A DNA stretch of 64,000 nt, taken from IMG/VR virus record IMGVR_UViG_3300032030_000024, positions 59,591 to 123,590 of that record; one strand, written 5' to 3'. Under the pieces are notes generated by a model that was not told the DNA's origin, did no database searches, and was given only the letters and a program-made list of their open reading frames with translations. Source of the DNA: a virus. Lineage: Duplodnaviria; Caudoviricetes. The position numbers were made by a program, and so were the translations under genes. Shown in pieces: positions 9,550 to 19,056 of the stretch; position 1 is the first letter of the stretch, and each line of letters begins with the position of its first letter.

Positions 9550-10002
9550 TTACATATATTCCACATAGCTTTCTATAACCTTCTGAGCGTGAAGCAAAGC
9601 CTCCTGTTCGTTAGGATTCGGCAAATACACACCTACCTCGGAGCTTGAAAACGCACGAAACCTGTCAATTGCAAGACTCATTTCAGCCGTGTCCAAGAAT
9701 CGGGTACTACGGAGCGTCTCTATTTCCATAGACTTGCCGCTTTTTCCGATATTCTTCTTGTTGCAGAATATTTCGGGGTTGCACATCTTCTTGAACACTT
9801 GTTCCTTAACATCGTCGAGTGTCATGCCCGTTTCGGCAGCGAATAAGCCCAAAATGACATGAAGGTATGCGTTTTGGGCCATCGTCCTCTGCGGGTGCTT
9901 CTTCTTCAGCTCCACGACACCCTCCTTGGCGGCAAGAAGGGAATCGACACGCTCACGCATCTTCTGCCTGTCGTAAGGATTACTCAACACATAGATTGCC
10001 AT
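9550..10002 (-). CDS. NinB/Orf-like recombination protein
   Basis: RTMAQNAYLH...K..FK...RSTRFLDTAEMSLAIDRF..F....GVYLP. Confidence 0.7.
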   Translation of the reverse strand: MAIYVLSNPYDRQKMRERVDSLLAAKEGVVELKKKHPQRTMAQNAYLHVILGLFAAETGMTLDDVKEQVFKKMCNPEIFCNKKNIGKSGKSMEIETLRSTRFLDTAEMSLAIDRFRAFSSSEVGVYLPNPNEQEALLHAQKVIESYVEYM

Positions 10003-10005
10003 AGA

Positions 10006-10476
10006 CTACCCTCCCTGTCTTTTTTCACCGACATACATACTTCCGTTGACGATGATACCAGGCCATCGGCTTTCCTCGTCTACTTCTATCGTAACGGCTT
10101 GTTTTGCCTGCTCGAAAAGTTCTTGCAAACAACGCTTCTTTGCCTCCTTTACCATAAAGTCAACGGTGTACCTGGGAGGGCAGGGCATACCGTTACGATG
10201 TGCTATCTCTTCCTGCATCCTTGCCTCGCATACGTCACTCTCACTAAGATAAATCCGACTTTCAACCTTTACTGCGCAGAAGGTCGCTTCCTCGATGTAG
10301 ATTGGCTGGTGTTCCGTTCTTGCGTAATACTCTATCGGATAGAAATAGTTGCTTGCCCTTTCAAGCCATTTGCCAAGTGCTTTCTTCCAAAGCGGTTTAA
10401 CGTCTTGACCATCCAATACGCAAGCCACCATGTAAAGCACTCCGCAAACGATACAGATTATTCCGAATGTTGTCAT
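10006..10476 (-). CDS. hypothetical protein with N-terminal TM helix
   Basis: Hydrophobic N-terminus; 156 aa. Confidence 0.6.
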   Translation of the reverse strand: MTTFGIICIVCGVLYMVACVLDGQDVKPLWKKALGKWLERASNYFYPIEYYARTEHQPIYIEEATFCAVKVESRIYLSESDVCEARMQEEIAHRNGMPCPPRYTVDFMVKEAKKRCLQELFEQAKQAVTIEVDEESRWPGIIVNGSMYVGEKRQGG

Positions 10477-10477
10477 A

Positions 10478-10759
10478 CTACAAAGCAGATAGTCTTATCT
10501 TCTGAACGTATGTAATCTCGCCGTCATACCCGCGCAGCTTCAGCTCCTCCATAAGCTGACGCGGCGTGTACTTCGCAAGCGGACGGTCAGGGTTGGCCAT
10601 CTGCCCCTTCTTCCGAAGATACGGTAGCCGCTTGTTTTCAGTGAGACAGCGCTTACACAGGTGCGAATGACCGTCACTTGCATTCTTGTTAGCGGGGAAC
10701 TCCGACAGCGGAAGATACTCGCCACACTTCTTGCATTTCTTTCCTTCCATGTTGCTCAT
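10478..10759 (-). CDS. zinc-finger protein
   Basis: KKCKKCGEYLPLSEF...DGHSHLCKRC. Confidence 0.65.
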   Translation of the reverse strand: MSNMEGKKCKKCGEYLPLSEFPANKNASDGHSHLCKRCLTENKRLPYLRKKGQMANPDRPLAKYTPRQLMEELKLRGYDGEITYVQKIRLSAL

Positions 10760-10772
10760 TGGTTATTAGTTA

Positions 10773-10802
10773 AGGACTGCCCGCCTTTCAGCAAGGCAGT
10801 CC
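10773..10802 (-). terminator. stem-loop after SSB gene
   Basis: ggactgcc...ggcagtcc inverted repeat in intergenic gap. Confidence 0.45.
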
Positions 10803-10811
10803 GTGGGTACG

Positions 10812-11396
10812 TTAAAATGGTAACTGCGAGTCGTCCTGTGCGTTATTCTGCGGTGCAGGTGCAGCCTGTGGTACAGTGGTAGGAGCAGGTGCAGGAGCAG
10901 GTGCTGCCTGTACGGGTGCGGGTGCAGTTGGAGCCTGCGGTGCTTGGGGAGCCTGTGCGACTTGCCCACCGTCCACGCGCTCGATGCCGAAGCCTATCAC
11001 GTCGTTGAAGTATTTGCCCTGATACTCTCGACCCGTCAAGCGGAACTTCACCTCCACCTTCTCACCGACGGCAAAGCCGTTGAGGTCATCACAGTGCTTC
11101 TGCGTGAAGCTCAACTGCACGTAGTTCTCAATCTTCGTCCCGTCATCGGGGTTGTAGCGGGAACAGTCAAGGACAAGCTCGCGCTTCAGGAACTCGTTGC
11201 CTGTCTTGGATACGTTCACCGTCTGTCCGACGGCCTTTATCGTGCCTGTCACGCTGTTGCCCGCAGCGCTCTGCTTCAGAATGTTCAGCGTTGCGGAAAC
11301 GAGGCCGTTCAGGGCTTGGTTGTTAAGCTGGTTAAGCATACTTGCAAGGCCGCTCTGCTTGCAAGCCTCACGGAATTTTAATTCAATGTTTGCCAT
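10812..11396 (-). CDS. DUF3127 single-stranded DNA-binding protein
   Basis: FLKRELVLD..., GEKVEVKFRLTGREYQGKYFN, Pro/Ala-rich linker, acidic DDSQLPF tail. Confidence 0.85.
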   Translation of the reverse strand: MANIELKFREACKQSGLASMLNQLNNQALNGLVSATLNILKQSAAGNSVTGTIKAVGQTVNVSKTGNEFLKRELVLDCSRYNPDDGTKIENYVQLSFTQKHCDDLNGFAVGEKVEVKFRLTGREYQGKYFNDVIGFGIERVDGGQVAQAPQAPQAPTAPAPVQAAPAPAPAPTTVPQAAPAPQNNAQDDSQLPF

Positions 11397-11536
11397 ATTT
11401 GTTTTACTTTAATACTTTTAGAATAATCTTCCATCCACTTGTCGCAGTGTTCCACTCTTGGGTGGTTATCTTACCCAGCGACAAAGCATTAAAAAGCTTC
11501 TCGACCACTTCGGTAGTTTTTATTGTATTTGCCATA

Positions 11537-12418
11537 TTAAGCTGCTTTTTTCTCACCACCTAAGATTTTTTCGTCTTTTATGAGGTGCCTATTGTTAATA
11601 AGGAACTGCGCGAACTGCTGACATATCCCGCGCAGCATCTTCGTACTACGCTCGTGGTCGTAGGTATATACCTCTGGGTACATGTCACCGTAGAGCAGAG
11701 GGGAACGCGTCGTACCGCCCTTCATGGCGAAGGCAGTGAACTCGAACGCCGTAATGTCCGTACACTTGCCGCTCTCAATCAAGGCGTAGGGGTACACATG
11801 CTGCTGCCAATACTTGGCATACTTGCCGAACTCATACCTGCTCGTGGTCTTTAGGTCATAGACCATATCACCGCGCACATAGTCGGGATAGCCGTACAGG
11901 AGCACCGTGCCGTAATCGGTCTCAATGGGAGCCTCGACGTATATCTGACACAGGGAATCCTCAAAGTACTTCGCGAGCTGCTTGCAGAACTCGATGTCGA
12001 AGTAGAACTCGTTGTCGCCCTTCTTGGCGTATATGCACGGCTGCTTGATTGTCTCAAACCACCGCTCGTAGGCCAGCGGCTTGTTGTTCACCATGTCCCA
12101 AGCACCATCCTCGCACATCTTCTCGAAGGATGCGAGCGTCTTTACCTTGATGTCATCCCGTGTGCTCTTGGTACGCATGACGATGCAGTCCACCACCTCA
12201 TTCAAACATGAGCCCCGGTCAGCTGCTTCGCTCTCAAAGGGCACTCTGTTGATTTTATCAATGAGTTCTTGGAACTGCTTCTGCTCGTACTCCTCGCACG
12301 TCAACGAGGGTTCTTCGGTCGAACCGAAGAACTTCTCGTATAACACGTCGCTGTCGAGGAAATCCTGAAAAGATTGCAACAGCGATGGTGTAAACTTGAA
12401 AGCAAACTGCTTGTTCAT
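11537..12418 (-). CDS. PD-(D/E)XK nuclease (Cas4/RecB-like exonuclease)
   Basis: YGYPDYV...YDLKTT, Q..VY motif; lies beside annealase/SSB genes. Confidence 0.65.
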   Translation of the reverse strand: MNKQFAFKFTPSLLQSFQDFLDSDVLYEKFFGSTEEPSLTCEEYEQKQFQELIDKINRVPFESEAADRGSCLNEVVDCIVMRTKSTRDDIKVKTLASFEKMCEDGAWDMVNNKPLAYERWFETIKQPCIYAKKGDNEFYFDIEFCKQLAKYFEDSLCQIYVEAPIETDYGTVLLYGYPDYVRGDMVYDLKTTSRYEFGKYAKYWQQHVYPYALIESGKCTDITAFEFTAFAMKGGTTRSPLLYGDMYPEVYTYDHERSTKMLRGICQQFAQFLINNRHLIKDEKILGGEKKAA

Positions 12419-13398
12419 GCTACAGCCTCGTATTTATTGTCGATAGCGTTGAACTTCAGCCCAAGCTCGCCACACTTGGCGGCAAGCAGCTTCTCAGTAC
12501 GCAGCTTGGAATCCCACACGTGCTTGGCGTAGGTCTCAATCTTCTCAAAGACCTTGTTGGCACTCTCGGCATCCTTCACCTCGGCAATGCCCTTGCCAAA
12601 GGAATCAAGCAGTTTGTCGTATGTCGCACGGGTGTTGGCCGTATTCTTCAAGTTACCCTCGAAGATGGCAAACACATTTGTCAGGAAGTTATTCTCACCG
12701 ATGATATTGCCCTGTTCGTCAATATTGGTGGCAACGGCATGAACAGGAGGCAGGTTGCAGGTGTTCTTGCCGTAGAACTTCTGCGTCGGCGACCAGCTCA
12801 CGGTACGGTCAACGATGATAACGTGCTTGCCGTCCTTCGTGGCCTCGTAGGAGAACGACTGCATATATCCGACAAGGTCAAGCTCCTTGATAAGGTCACC
12901 AGCGGAACTACCGCCGATTTCGGGACGGATAACCTTTATCTCGCCCTCCTTCTCCTCACGCTCATGGGCTACAAACACAAGGTGCTTGCCCATGATAGCT
13001 ACACGCTTAAGGAAATTGATGAACATACTCTTGCGGACACCGTAGCCTTGCAGGGTCAGCGAACCGTCTGCCTTGCCATACTTCGGCTGGCTCTTGATGA
13101 TGTCGGCTCCCATGTAGTCGAGCATCTTGCCTGCCGTGTCGATTACGATGGTATCGCAGGGAAACTCGCCCTTCTCAATTTCTGCGAGGGCATCATTTAC
13201 CTGTGTCCAGTTCTCCACCTGCAAGGTAGGAACTTGGAAAGCACCGTTCACGCGCTGCACACCGCCGTCAAAGTCCAAGAGGACAGGGTTTGGAGCGGAA
13301 AGTGCCAATGATGACTTGCCAACACCAGGTTGACCGTAAATCAAGGCTTTTACCTTGGGGCTGACCTTCAAGTCAGCGGGCTTACTAAAAAGACTCAT
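12415..13398 (-). CDS. AAA_24 / Sak4-like ATPase
   Basis: ALIYGQPGVGKSSLA, LDFDGG, IVIDTAG, FVAHE. Confidence 0.85.
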   Translation of the reverse strand: MSLFSKPADLKVSPKVKALIYGQPGVGKSSLALSAPNPVLLDFDGGVQRVNGAFQVPTLQVENWTQVNDALAEIEKGEFPCDTIVIDTAGKMLDYMGADIIKSQPKYGKADGSLTLQGYGVRKSMFINFLKRVAIMGKHLVFVAHEREEKEGEIKVIRPEIGGSSAGDLIKELDLVGYMQSFSYEATKDGKHVIIVDRTVSWSPTQKFYGKNTCNLPPVHAVATNIDEQGNIIGENNFLTNVFAIFEGNLKNTANTRATYDKLLDSFGKGIAEVKDAESANKVFEKIETYAKHVWDSKLRTEKLLAAKCGELGLKFNAIDNKYEAVA

Positions 13399-13431
13399 AA
13401 TACATTAAAAATTAAAGGGTGAAACCTAAGT

Positions 13432-13977
13432 TTATTGAAAAATATTGTTGTCTTTCGCATACTTCACGAACTCCGCACGGTTTCTCGCGCCAACCTTGAT
13501 ATAAGAGGTGCTGACATGCCGTTTGACCGTGTTCGGGGAAAGGTACAGCTCGCTTGCTATCTCCGCATTGCTGCGCCCCTCGCATACGAGCCGCATGACG
13601 CGTTTCTCGGCCTCACTGAGCCGCGAATCCATCTTAGGCATACAGATGATGCCCTCATACTGACACTCACCACGTAGAGGGCAGGAAACGCGCTCAAAGT
13701 TGAACGCACCGCAGTCTATGTCCTCCTTGGTGTGGTCGAGCGTACCGAAGTTGCACTTGCAGAACCGTCGCGCACGTAGATATTTATAATAAGGTATGTT
13801 AAAGGAACTGCTCCTGTAGCAGTCCTCTAAAGCCTTCGCTGCCTGCGGGTACATGTCACCCACCTCGTCCAGCAGCTCGCTCACAATCTGCGAACCCTCC
13901 TCAAGGCGGGAAGCACCGTTGGCATCCTTGTACCATACCTCGGTATCGTCCGTGTAGAACTCAATCACTCGCTCCAT
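13432..13977 (-). CDS. LuxR-type HTH transcriptional regulator
   Basis: LSEAEKRVMRLVCEGRSNAEIASELYLSPNTVKRHV. Confidence 0.85.
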   Translation of the reverse strand: MERVIEFYTDDTEVWYKDANGASRLEEGSQIVSELLDEVGDMYPQAAKALEDCYRSSSFNIPYYKYLRARRFCKCNFGTLDHTKEDIDCGAFNFERVSCPLRGECQYEGIICMPKMDSRLSEAEKRVMRLVCEGRSNAEIASELYLSPNTVKRHVSTSYIKVGARNRAEFVKYAKDNNIFQ

Positions 13978-14192
13978 AGCTCATCCTCATCTATGCCAGT
14001 CAGCTTCACAAGTACCTTAACATCCGCATACGTATGCGGACGTATGCCATATAAGCACCAATTCCGAACCGTCTGCTCAGACTTGCCCGTCTGCGCCATA
14101 ACCTCGCTGATAAAGGCTTGGAGAGGCGTTTTCTGCTCGGAAAGCTGCCTGAAGTAGCACTTTAGGGTCATTTTTTCTTTTTTTTTCTCCAT
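13965..14192 (-). CDS. Cro-like HTH protein
   Basis: TGKSEQTVRNW; divergent from CI-like gene. Confidence 0.6.
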   Translation of the reverse strand: MEKKKEKMTLKCYFRQLSEQKTPLQAFISEVMAQTGKSEQTVRNWCLYGIRPHTYADVKVLVKLTGIDEDELWSE

Positions 14193-14326
14193 TTTATTTG
14201 ATTATAAAATTATTTTTACTACTTTTGTGCTCGATAATAAATATTTTTATGCAAAGGTATAAACAATATGCGTGATATGCAAGCAAATGCGCATATATTT
14301 AGCTTTATTTAATAAATAAATACATC
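14193..14326. promoter_or_regulatory. divergent promoter/operator region (genetic switch)
   Basis: TACTTTTG (+, 14220-14227) and TACCTTTG (-, 14252-14259), with ATATGC/GCATAT repeats. Confidence 0.7.
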
Positions 14327-14722
14327 ATGGAGTTTAGATTAAAGGATTTTAGGGAGGCGCAAAAAAAATTCCAGTCGGACATGGCCGCTGTCCTTGGGAT
14401 AAACCAGTCTAACGTATCGCGTATGGAACTGAAGGGCGTATGCATCATTTCTTACCAGCAATACAAGGCATTGTGCGATAATTTCGGGAAGGAGGCCGTT
14501 GAAAAGTTCGTGGTGAGGGATAACGAGCAGGCCGTGGTTGTTGCCAACAACAAGAACGAGGGAAACGGTACGCAGGACAACAGCGTGAACATAAGCGACG
14601 CAGACGCGATGGCCGTAATCCACACGCAGGCGAAAGCGTTGTCCGACGCTCTCAGGAAACAGTCGGAACAGGCCGACCGTATGATGACCTTGCTGGAGAA
14701 ACTAACGGAGAAGCTGTCATGA
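14327..14722 (+). CDS. XRE-family HTH repressor (CI-like)
   Basis: RLKDFREAQKKFQSDMAAVLGINQSNVSRME. Confidence 0.75.
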   Translation: MEFRLKDFREAQKKFQSDMAAVLGINQSNVSRMELKGVCIISYQQYKALCDNFGKEAVEKFVVRDNEQAVVVANNKNEGNGTQDNSVNISDADAMAVIHTQAKALSDALRKQSEQADRMMTLLEKLTEKLS

Positions 14723-15000
14723 GCAGGAACATCGGTGACACAGAGACGGCAATTGCCGACAGGTTCTTCTACGCCATTGAAGAGCTGCACAGGCGCAGGG
14801 TCATTCGCGGGCTACAGACCTTCACACGCAGGCACGGGCTGAACTACGGCAACATGAACACCCTTAAGAACAACCGCGAGAGACATTCCGTGAAGACGGA
14901 GTATCTATCATGGCTGGCACAGGACTACGGTGTGTCGTGTGAGTGGCTTCTGCTCGGTAACGGGGAAATGTTCGTGGAGGGCTCACCTGCCCTTTATTGA
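14719..15000 (+). CDS. HTH-like DNA-binding protein
   Basis: YGVSCEWLLLGNGEMF tail typical of phage XRE-like proteins. Confidence 0.6.
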   Translation: MSRNIGDTETAIADRFFYAIEELHRRRVIRGLQTFTRRHGLNYGNMNTLKNNRERHSVKTEYLSWLAQDYGVSCEWLLLGNGEMFVEGSPALY

Positions 15001-15261
15001 CAGCAGCTCGTTCTCGTCAAAGTACACGCATCCCCCAATATGCCGTGTGTGCAGTATTCCCGCCTTGGCATAAGCGTCGATGGTCGGGAGTGAGCGGCCT
15101 ATCAGACGTGCCGCGTCCTTCCTTCGCACAAGAACTGGCGGCTTCGCCTTGACGCGCTCGTAGAACTCCTGCATACGCTTATCCACGGCACGGCTGACCA
15201 TAGCCTCTATGTCTGCAAGGGTAGCGCCTTGTATAAGTACGGCATTGCTAATATTATCCAT
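14983..15261 (-). CDS. excisionase-like HTH_17 protein
   Basis: LVRRKDAARLIGRSLPTIDAYAKAGIL...IGG.VYF; near integrase, own promoter at 15282-15289. Confidence 0.75.
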   Translation of the reverse strand: MDNISNAVLIQGATLADIEAMVSRAVDKRMQEFYERVKAKPPVLVRRKDAARLIGRSLPTIDAYAKAGILHTRHIGGCVYFDENELLSIKGR

Positions 15262-15591
15262 ATCTTTGCTTTTATTTTCCGCAAAGGTATGCGAAAATAT
15301 GCTGCATATAACAAATATATGCAAAGATTTAATCAAAATTTGCTGTTTAGTATTTTGTAGACAAATATATTTAACGTTTCGAGCGTCATACCCTTGTAAA
15401 CCCAGCATTTGGACGGTGACTCAGTCGCCCCAGCCTTACGGGTTGCCTCCATGATGGTACACACCTCCCCGTTGAAAATCACAAGGCCGTCAACGGTGGT
15501 GGTGACAAACACCTTCGGATTCCGTCGCAGGGACAGATGCCTGTCCGCGCCTATAGCCTGTATGGGCGCATCAGGAGCAATGGAGGCGAAC

Positions 15592-16842
15592 TTACACATT
15601 CCCGCTCTCCCTCCAGTGCTTGGCCAGCAGCTCCGCATGCTCCTCGCGCGTTACCTTTATGTATTTCAGGAATGCCGCCTCCGTCCTGTGCCCTGTAATG
15701 GCCATGATGGAAATGGATGGGAAGCCTGACTTGTACAGGTTCGTGGCAAAGCTGCGCCTTGCGGTATGGGCAGACACAAGCTGCCATTTCTCATAGTTGG
15801 TGGTTATGCGCCGCCCGCCCTTCGTGATGGACTTCTGAACCACCGTCCTTATCCTTGCCGCCTTGCAGACAAGCTTCACATACTCGTTGAACTTCTGGTT
15901 GCTGATGACCCTCGGCAGTTTCCCGTCGTACCTGTCCCATATCCTCCTGAACTCAGGATGCACGGGTATGACAACGGGCTTGTCGGTCTTATGCTGCCTG
16001 AGCGTTATCATGTCACCCGATATGTTCACGGGGCTAAGGCTTGACAGGTCGGAGAAGCGCAAGCCCGTCCAGCAGTCGGCGATGAAGAGGTCACGCACCC
16101 TCTCCAGCTTCGGATGCCGCCGCAGGTTACAACGTGCCACCCTGCCAAGCTCCTCGCCGTCAAGGGCAACGGTGTCGCTCTCCTCCGCAATGGCACGGAA
16201 GGACTTGTATTTGATGTTATCAGTAAGCCCACGGCTGTATGCGGCCTCCATCAGGGCTTTCAGGAAGGTGATCTTGTTCCCGATGGTGTTCGTCGCGAGG
16301 TTGAGCGACTGAAGGTAAGCCACGAAGTCCTCGTAGAAGTTCATGTCTATCTTGTCAAACTCAAGACGTACCTTCCTGTCCCTCTCATACTCCTCAATAT
16401 AATATAATGTACGCGCGTACTCACGCTTGCCTTTATAGCTTATCGTCTGACCCCCTCTCTGCCCGTTGAGCCTCGTATCGCAAAGCTTAATATAGTAGTT
16501 GAAGAAGGAATGGAAGTCGTCGTTGGACTGCTTCTTCTTGAAATGCCTGTCTAAGAGCTCTTTGAGCGCATCCTTGTTGAGCGGCAGGCCGTCGCGCGAC
16601 GCATCTATTATATACTGCTCTATCAGTGTGCCGATGGCAGACAGCGCGGAATTGACCTCGTCCGTGTACCTGCAATAGCGTGAGGGCTTCACCCGCATGC
16701 GCTCCGCATCCCAGAACAGTGCCTCCACCTTAAGCGGGGTGGCATAGCATAGCTTCTCATTCCGTCCGAAACGGTATGATATATATATCGTCTGCGGCAA
16801 CTCCTGTTCGGGTTGCCTTATCAAGAACTTAATGTTTGCCAT
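15592..16842 (-). CDS. int: tyrosine integrase (Bacteroidetes type with SAM-like domain)
   Basis: TGLRFSD, HKT, HTARRSFAT, GH, YIK catalytic R-K-H-R-H-Y set. Confidence 0.95.
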   Translation of the reverse strand: MANIKFLIRQPEQELPQTIYISYRFGRNEKLCYATPLKVEALFWDAERMRVKPSRYCRYTDEVNSALSAIGTLIEQYIIDASRDGLPLNKDALKELLDRHFKKKQSNDDFHSFFNYYIKLCDTRLNGQRGGQTISYKGKREYARTLYYIEEYERDRKVRLEFDKIDMNFYEDFVAYLQSLNLATNTIGNKITFLKALMEAAYSRGLTDNIKYKSFRAIAEESDTVALDGEELGRVARCNLRRHPKLERVRDLFIADCWTGLRFSDLSSLSPVNISGDMITLRQHKTDKPVVIPVHPEFRRIWDRYDGKLPRVISNQKFNEYVKLVCKAARIRTVVQKSITKGGRRITTNYEKWQLVSAHTARRSFATNLYKSGFPSISIMAITGHRTEAAFLKYIKVTREEHAELLAKHWRESGNV

Positions 16843-16879
16843 AAGAGATATTCCTGCGGCAAAGATAGCAAAAAAAAAG

Positions 16880-17119
16880 CTGTTCCGTTTTTGTTCCGCT
16901 AAATTTTGGTTTTTCTTTCTTTTTTTTAATTTTTATTGGTATCTTTGCAACACCAAAAATGTGGAAAACCGCCCTATTTACGGGATTTTCACAAAAATTG
17001 GCAAAGTATTGAAAAAGCAGGTGGGAGTCCTGTCACCTCGACAACAGAAAATACGTAAGTGGCTGACAAACATAGCGTTAGCCACTTTTCTTTTGCCTCT
17101 CTGTTCCGTTTTTGTTCCG
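16880..17119. repeat. integrase arm-type sites: identical 19-mer CTGTTCCGTTTTTGTTCCG at 16880-16898 and 17101-17119
   Basis: Perfect direct repeat of a tandem TGTTCCG pair flanking the att core. Confidence 0.75.
17017..17043 (+). other. attP core resembling the 3' end of a tRNA-Pro (T-arm + acceptor strand)
   Basis: GCAGG-TGGGAGT-CCTGT-CACCTCG-ACA: T-stem, degenerate T-loop, acceptor strand; lies between integrase and lysis cassette. Confidence 0.7.
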
Positions 17120-17196
17120 TTTGACTGTTAATATTTGTTACAAACCCTATCTTACACTCTCTTTTCTCCGTTGCCGTAGAGCAGGCAGATGACAAC

Positions 17197-17234
17197 AAAA
17201 AACGGGGTGGCTGTCCGTCACGGATGGCCACCCG
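17197..17234 (-). terminator. intrinsic terminator of tail/lysis operon
   Basis: GGTGGCTGTCCGT/ACGGATGGCCACC stem followed by a U-run on the minus strand. Confidence 0.75.
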
Positions 17235-17340
17235 GCACCTAACTAAAAAAAATAAAAACACTCGATTCCTGCCGCCGCAGGGAAACAATAAAAACACCTA
17301 ATACTAACATTCTATAAAAGCAAACATTCATGCGCGATGG

Positions 17341-17853
17341 TTAAGGTGGCAGATTATAGGTGATGCCAATTCCGAGGCCGGGCTGCAAGCCCCTCGGTGT
17401 GATGTAAAAGCCGCCCTGCAAGCCGAGCGACCATTTTTTCGCTGATTCCATCGAAACGGTCTTCGTCACATAGACGGTCTGCCTGTAGGTGCGTATGCTG
17501 TCGAGCCGTGCGCTGTAGCCGCTGACCCACGCGGTGTATGTGGTGTCGTCGGTGTAGGTTGTCTGCGTGATGGGCACGATGATGGAGTCGCCCGATGCGT
17601 AGAGGCTGTCGGGCTGCAAGGTTACTAACACGGTGTCGTGCAGGATGACAGGCTTCCTTATGACATGGGTGATGACGGAGTCTTTCACGGGCACGGGCTT
17701 GTCAACGAAGAGGGTGTCGGTCACGCGCAGCGTGTCCGTGGATGTCGTTGGGGTGATGCCTGCTCTCTCACACTTCAGGAGAAACAGGTGTGCGACCATC
17801 ATCAGGAATGCCCCGATGACGATGCCTTCGAAGAATCTGCTTCTGTGTTCCAT
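17341..17853 (-). CDS. lysis-associated membrane protein (DUF6808-like, putative spanin equivalent)
   Basis: N-terminal TM, DT-rich repeats, YTAWVSGY..LDSI, C-terminal beta-hairpin GLGIGITYN; directly after endolysin. Confidence 0.65.
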   Translation of the reverse strand: MEHRSRFFEGIVIGAFLMMVAHLFLLKCERAGITPTTSTDTLRVTDTLFVDKPVPVKDSVITHVIRKPVILHDTVLVTLQPDSLYASGDSIIVPITQTTYTDDTTYTAWVSGYSARLDSIRTYRQTVYVTKTVSMESAKKWSLGLQGGFYITPRGLQPGLGIGITYNLPP

Positions 17854-17865
17854 AGTCGTTTTTCG

Positions 17866-18567
17866 TTACTGGTTGTTGATGTATCTTAATATCCCCTCCA
17901 CATGAATACGCGTGATGGCATGTCTGCCTTCGTCGGAGAGCAGGAAGTCTGTGTCGCGGACGTTGTCCATGAACAGGTTCTCAGTGAGCACGGCAGGGCA
18001 TGCGGTCTTGCGGATGACGTAGAGGTCGGCCTCTAAGTCACGGTCGCCGTCGCTCATATCCATGCGGAAGGGTGTCTGTTTCTCGCCGTATTCGCCCTTG
18101 CGCTTCCCCTCGTCCATGAGCAGGACGTAGGGCTTCAGGTTGGTGAAGGCAGCGTCGTAGAGGCATTCGGCAAGACGGTCGGCACGGGTCTTGCCGCGCG
18201 ACGTGTAGCAGCACCAGCCGCCAGCGTCGCGCCAGCGTGTACCGTCGCCTGCGGCATTGAGGTGGATGCTCACGTATAGGCAGTTCTCCTTCCCGTGGTA
18301 GTCACACCAGGCGTTCACGCGCTGTACACGGTAGGACAGCTCCTTAGACTGCTCCGCTCCATAGCCTGCCTTCTGCCGTGCCTGCGTCCATTCGGGCTTC
18401 GGCTCCAGCGGCTCGTAGTCGACGAGCACATCATGGCCGTAGCTTGTAAGTATGGCCTTGCAGTCGGTGACAATCTCACGACCGTAGACGGCCTCGCGCA
18501 GCCGCCCGTCGGGACTCTGCTTGCCAGGGGTGCTGCCAAGGTGGGGTGTTCCGAGGATGATCTTCAT
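17866..18567 (-). CDS. endolysin, N-acetylmuramoyl-L-alanine amidase (Amidase_3)
   Basis: H...TPGKQSPDG.LRE, VSIHLNAA, CPAVLTENLFMDN. Confidence 0.9.
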   Translation of the reverse strand: MKIILGTPHLGSTPGKQSPDGRLREAVYGREIVTDCKAILTSYGHDVLVDYEPLEPKPEWTQARQKAGYGAEQSKELSYRVQRVNAWCDYHGKENCLYVSIHLNAAGDGTRWRDAGGWCCYTSRGKTRADRLAECLYDAAFTNLKPYVLLMDEGKRKGEYGEKQTPFRMDMSDGDRDLEADLYVIRKTACPAVLTENLFMDNVRDTDFLLSDEGRHAITRIHVEGILRYINNQ

Positions 18568-19034
18568 TCTGCTGCCTCCTTTCCCTGTCCTTTGGTCAGT
18601 GCTACGGTCAGCGCCTTGGCAATGATGTCGGCCAGCTCGTTCTTGTCTATCATGTGGCTTGCGGCTGCAACGATGGCCTCTGCCTTGCGCCGCTGCTTCT
18701 GCTCGGCCTTTTCATAGACGCTCCACAGCTCGATGCCGCAAAGGATGATGGCCAGCAGCAGCGTGACGCAGGGAACGAGGTAGTCCGCATCGGAAAACTG
18801 CCACAGGCCGAAGTGAAGCATCACGTCGATGCAGGTGGAGATAAGCAGGATACCTTCATAGATGAGGAACTTCGTCAGTGTGCGCGAGAGCCCGTAGCTT
18901 GTGTGCGCATCGCCCATGAGCGTTGCCTTGCGCCATCCTGACACGAGGTCTACGCCCATTGCCACAATGACCAGCAGCATGGCCACGACTGCTATCATAA
19001 GCAGAGAGCCGAGAGAGAAAATTAGTTCTTTCAT
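18564..19034 (-). CDS. holin
   Basis: Three TM segments, DLVSGWRKA..S.GL.RT..K, IELWSVYE; precedes endolysin. Confidence 0.8.
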   Translation of the reverse strand: MKELIFSLGSLLMIAVVAMLLVIVAMGVDLVSGWRKATLMGDAHTSYGLSRTLTKFLIYEGILLISTCIDVMLHFGLWQFSDADYLVPCVTLLLAIILCGIELWSVYEKAEQKQRRKAEAIVAAASHMIDKNELADIIAKALTVALTKGQGKEAAE

Positions 19035-19056
19035 TTCAGTGTATATGTTTTGACAG

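Noticed and set aside
10850-10965. Short tandem-like repeats (gcagg/agcagg)
   Set aside because: Explained by the Pro/Ala/Gln-rich linker of the SSB protein.
15333-15599. ORF between integrase and excisionase, possibly a small DNA-binding domain
   Set aside because: It is a plausible gene, but its 3' end runs into the excisionase promoter region and the similarity is too vague to support a call.
17017-17043. Complete tRNA gene
   Set aside because: Only the T-arm and acceptor 3' strand are present, the T-loop is degenerate, and there is no D or anticodon arm.
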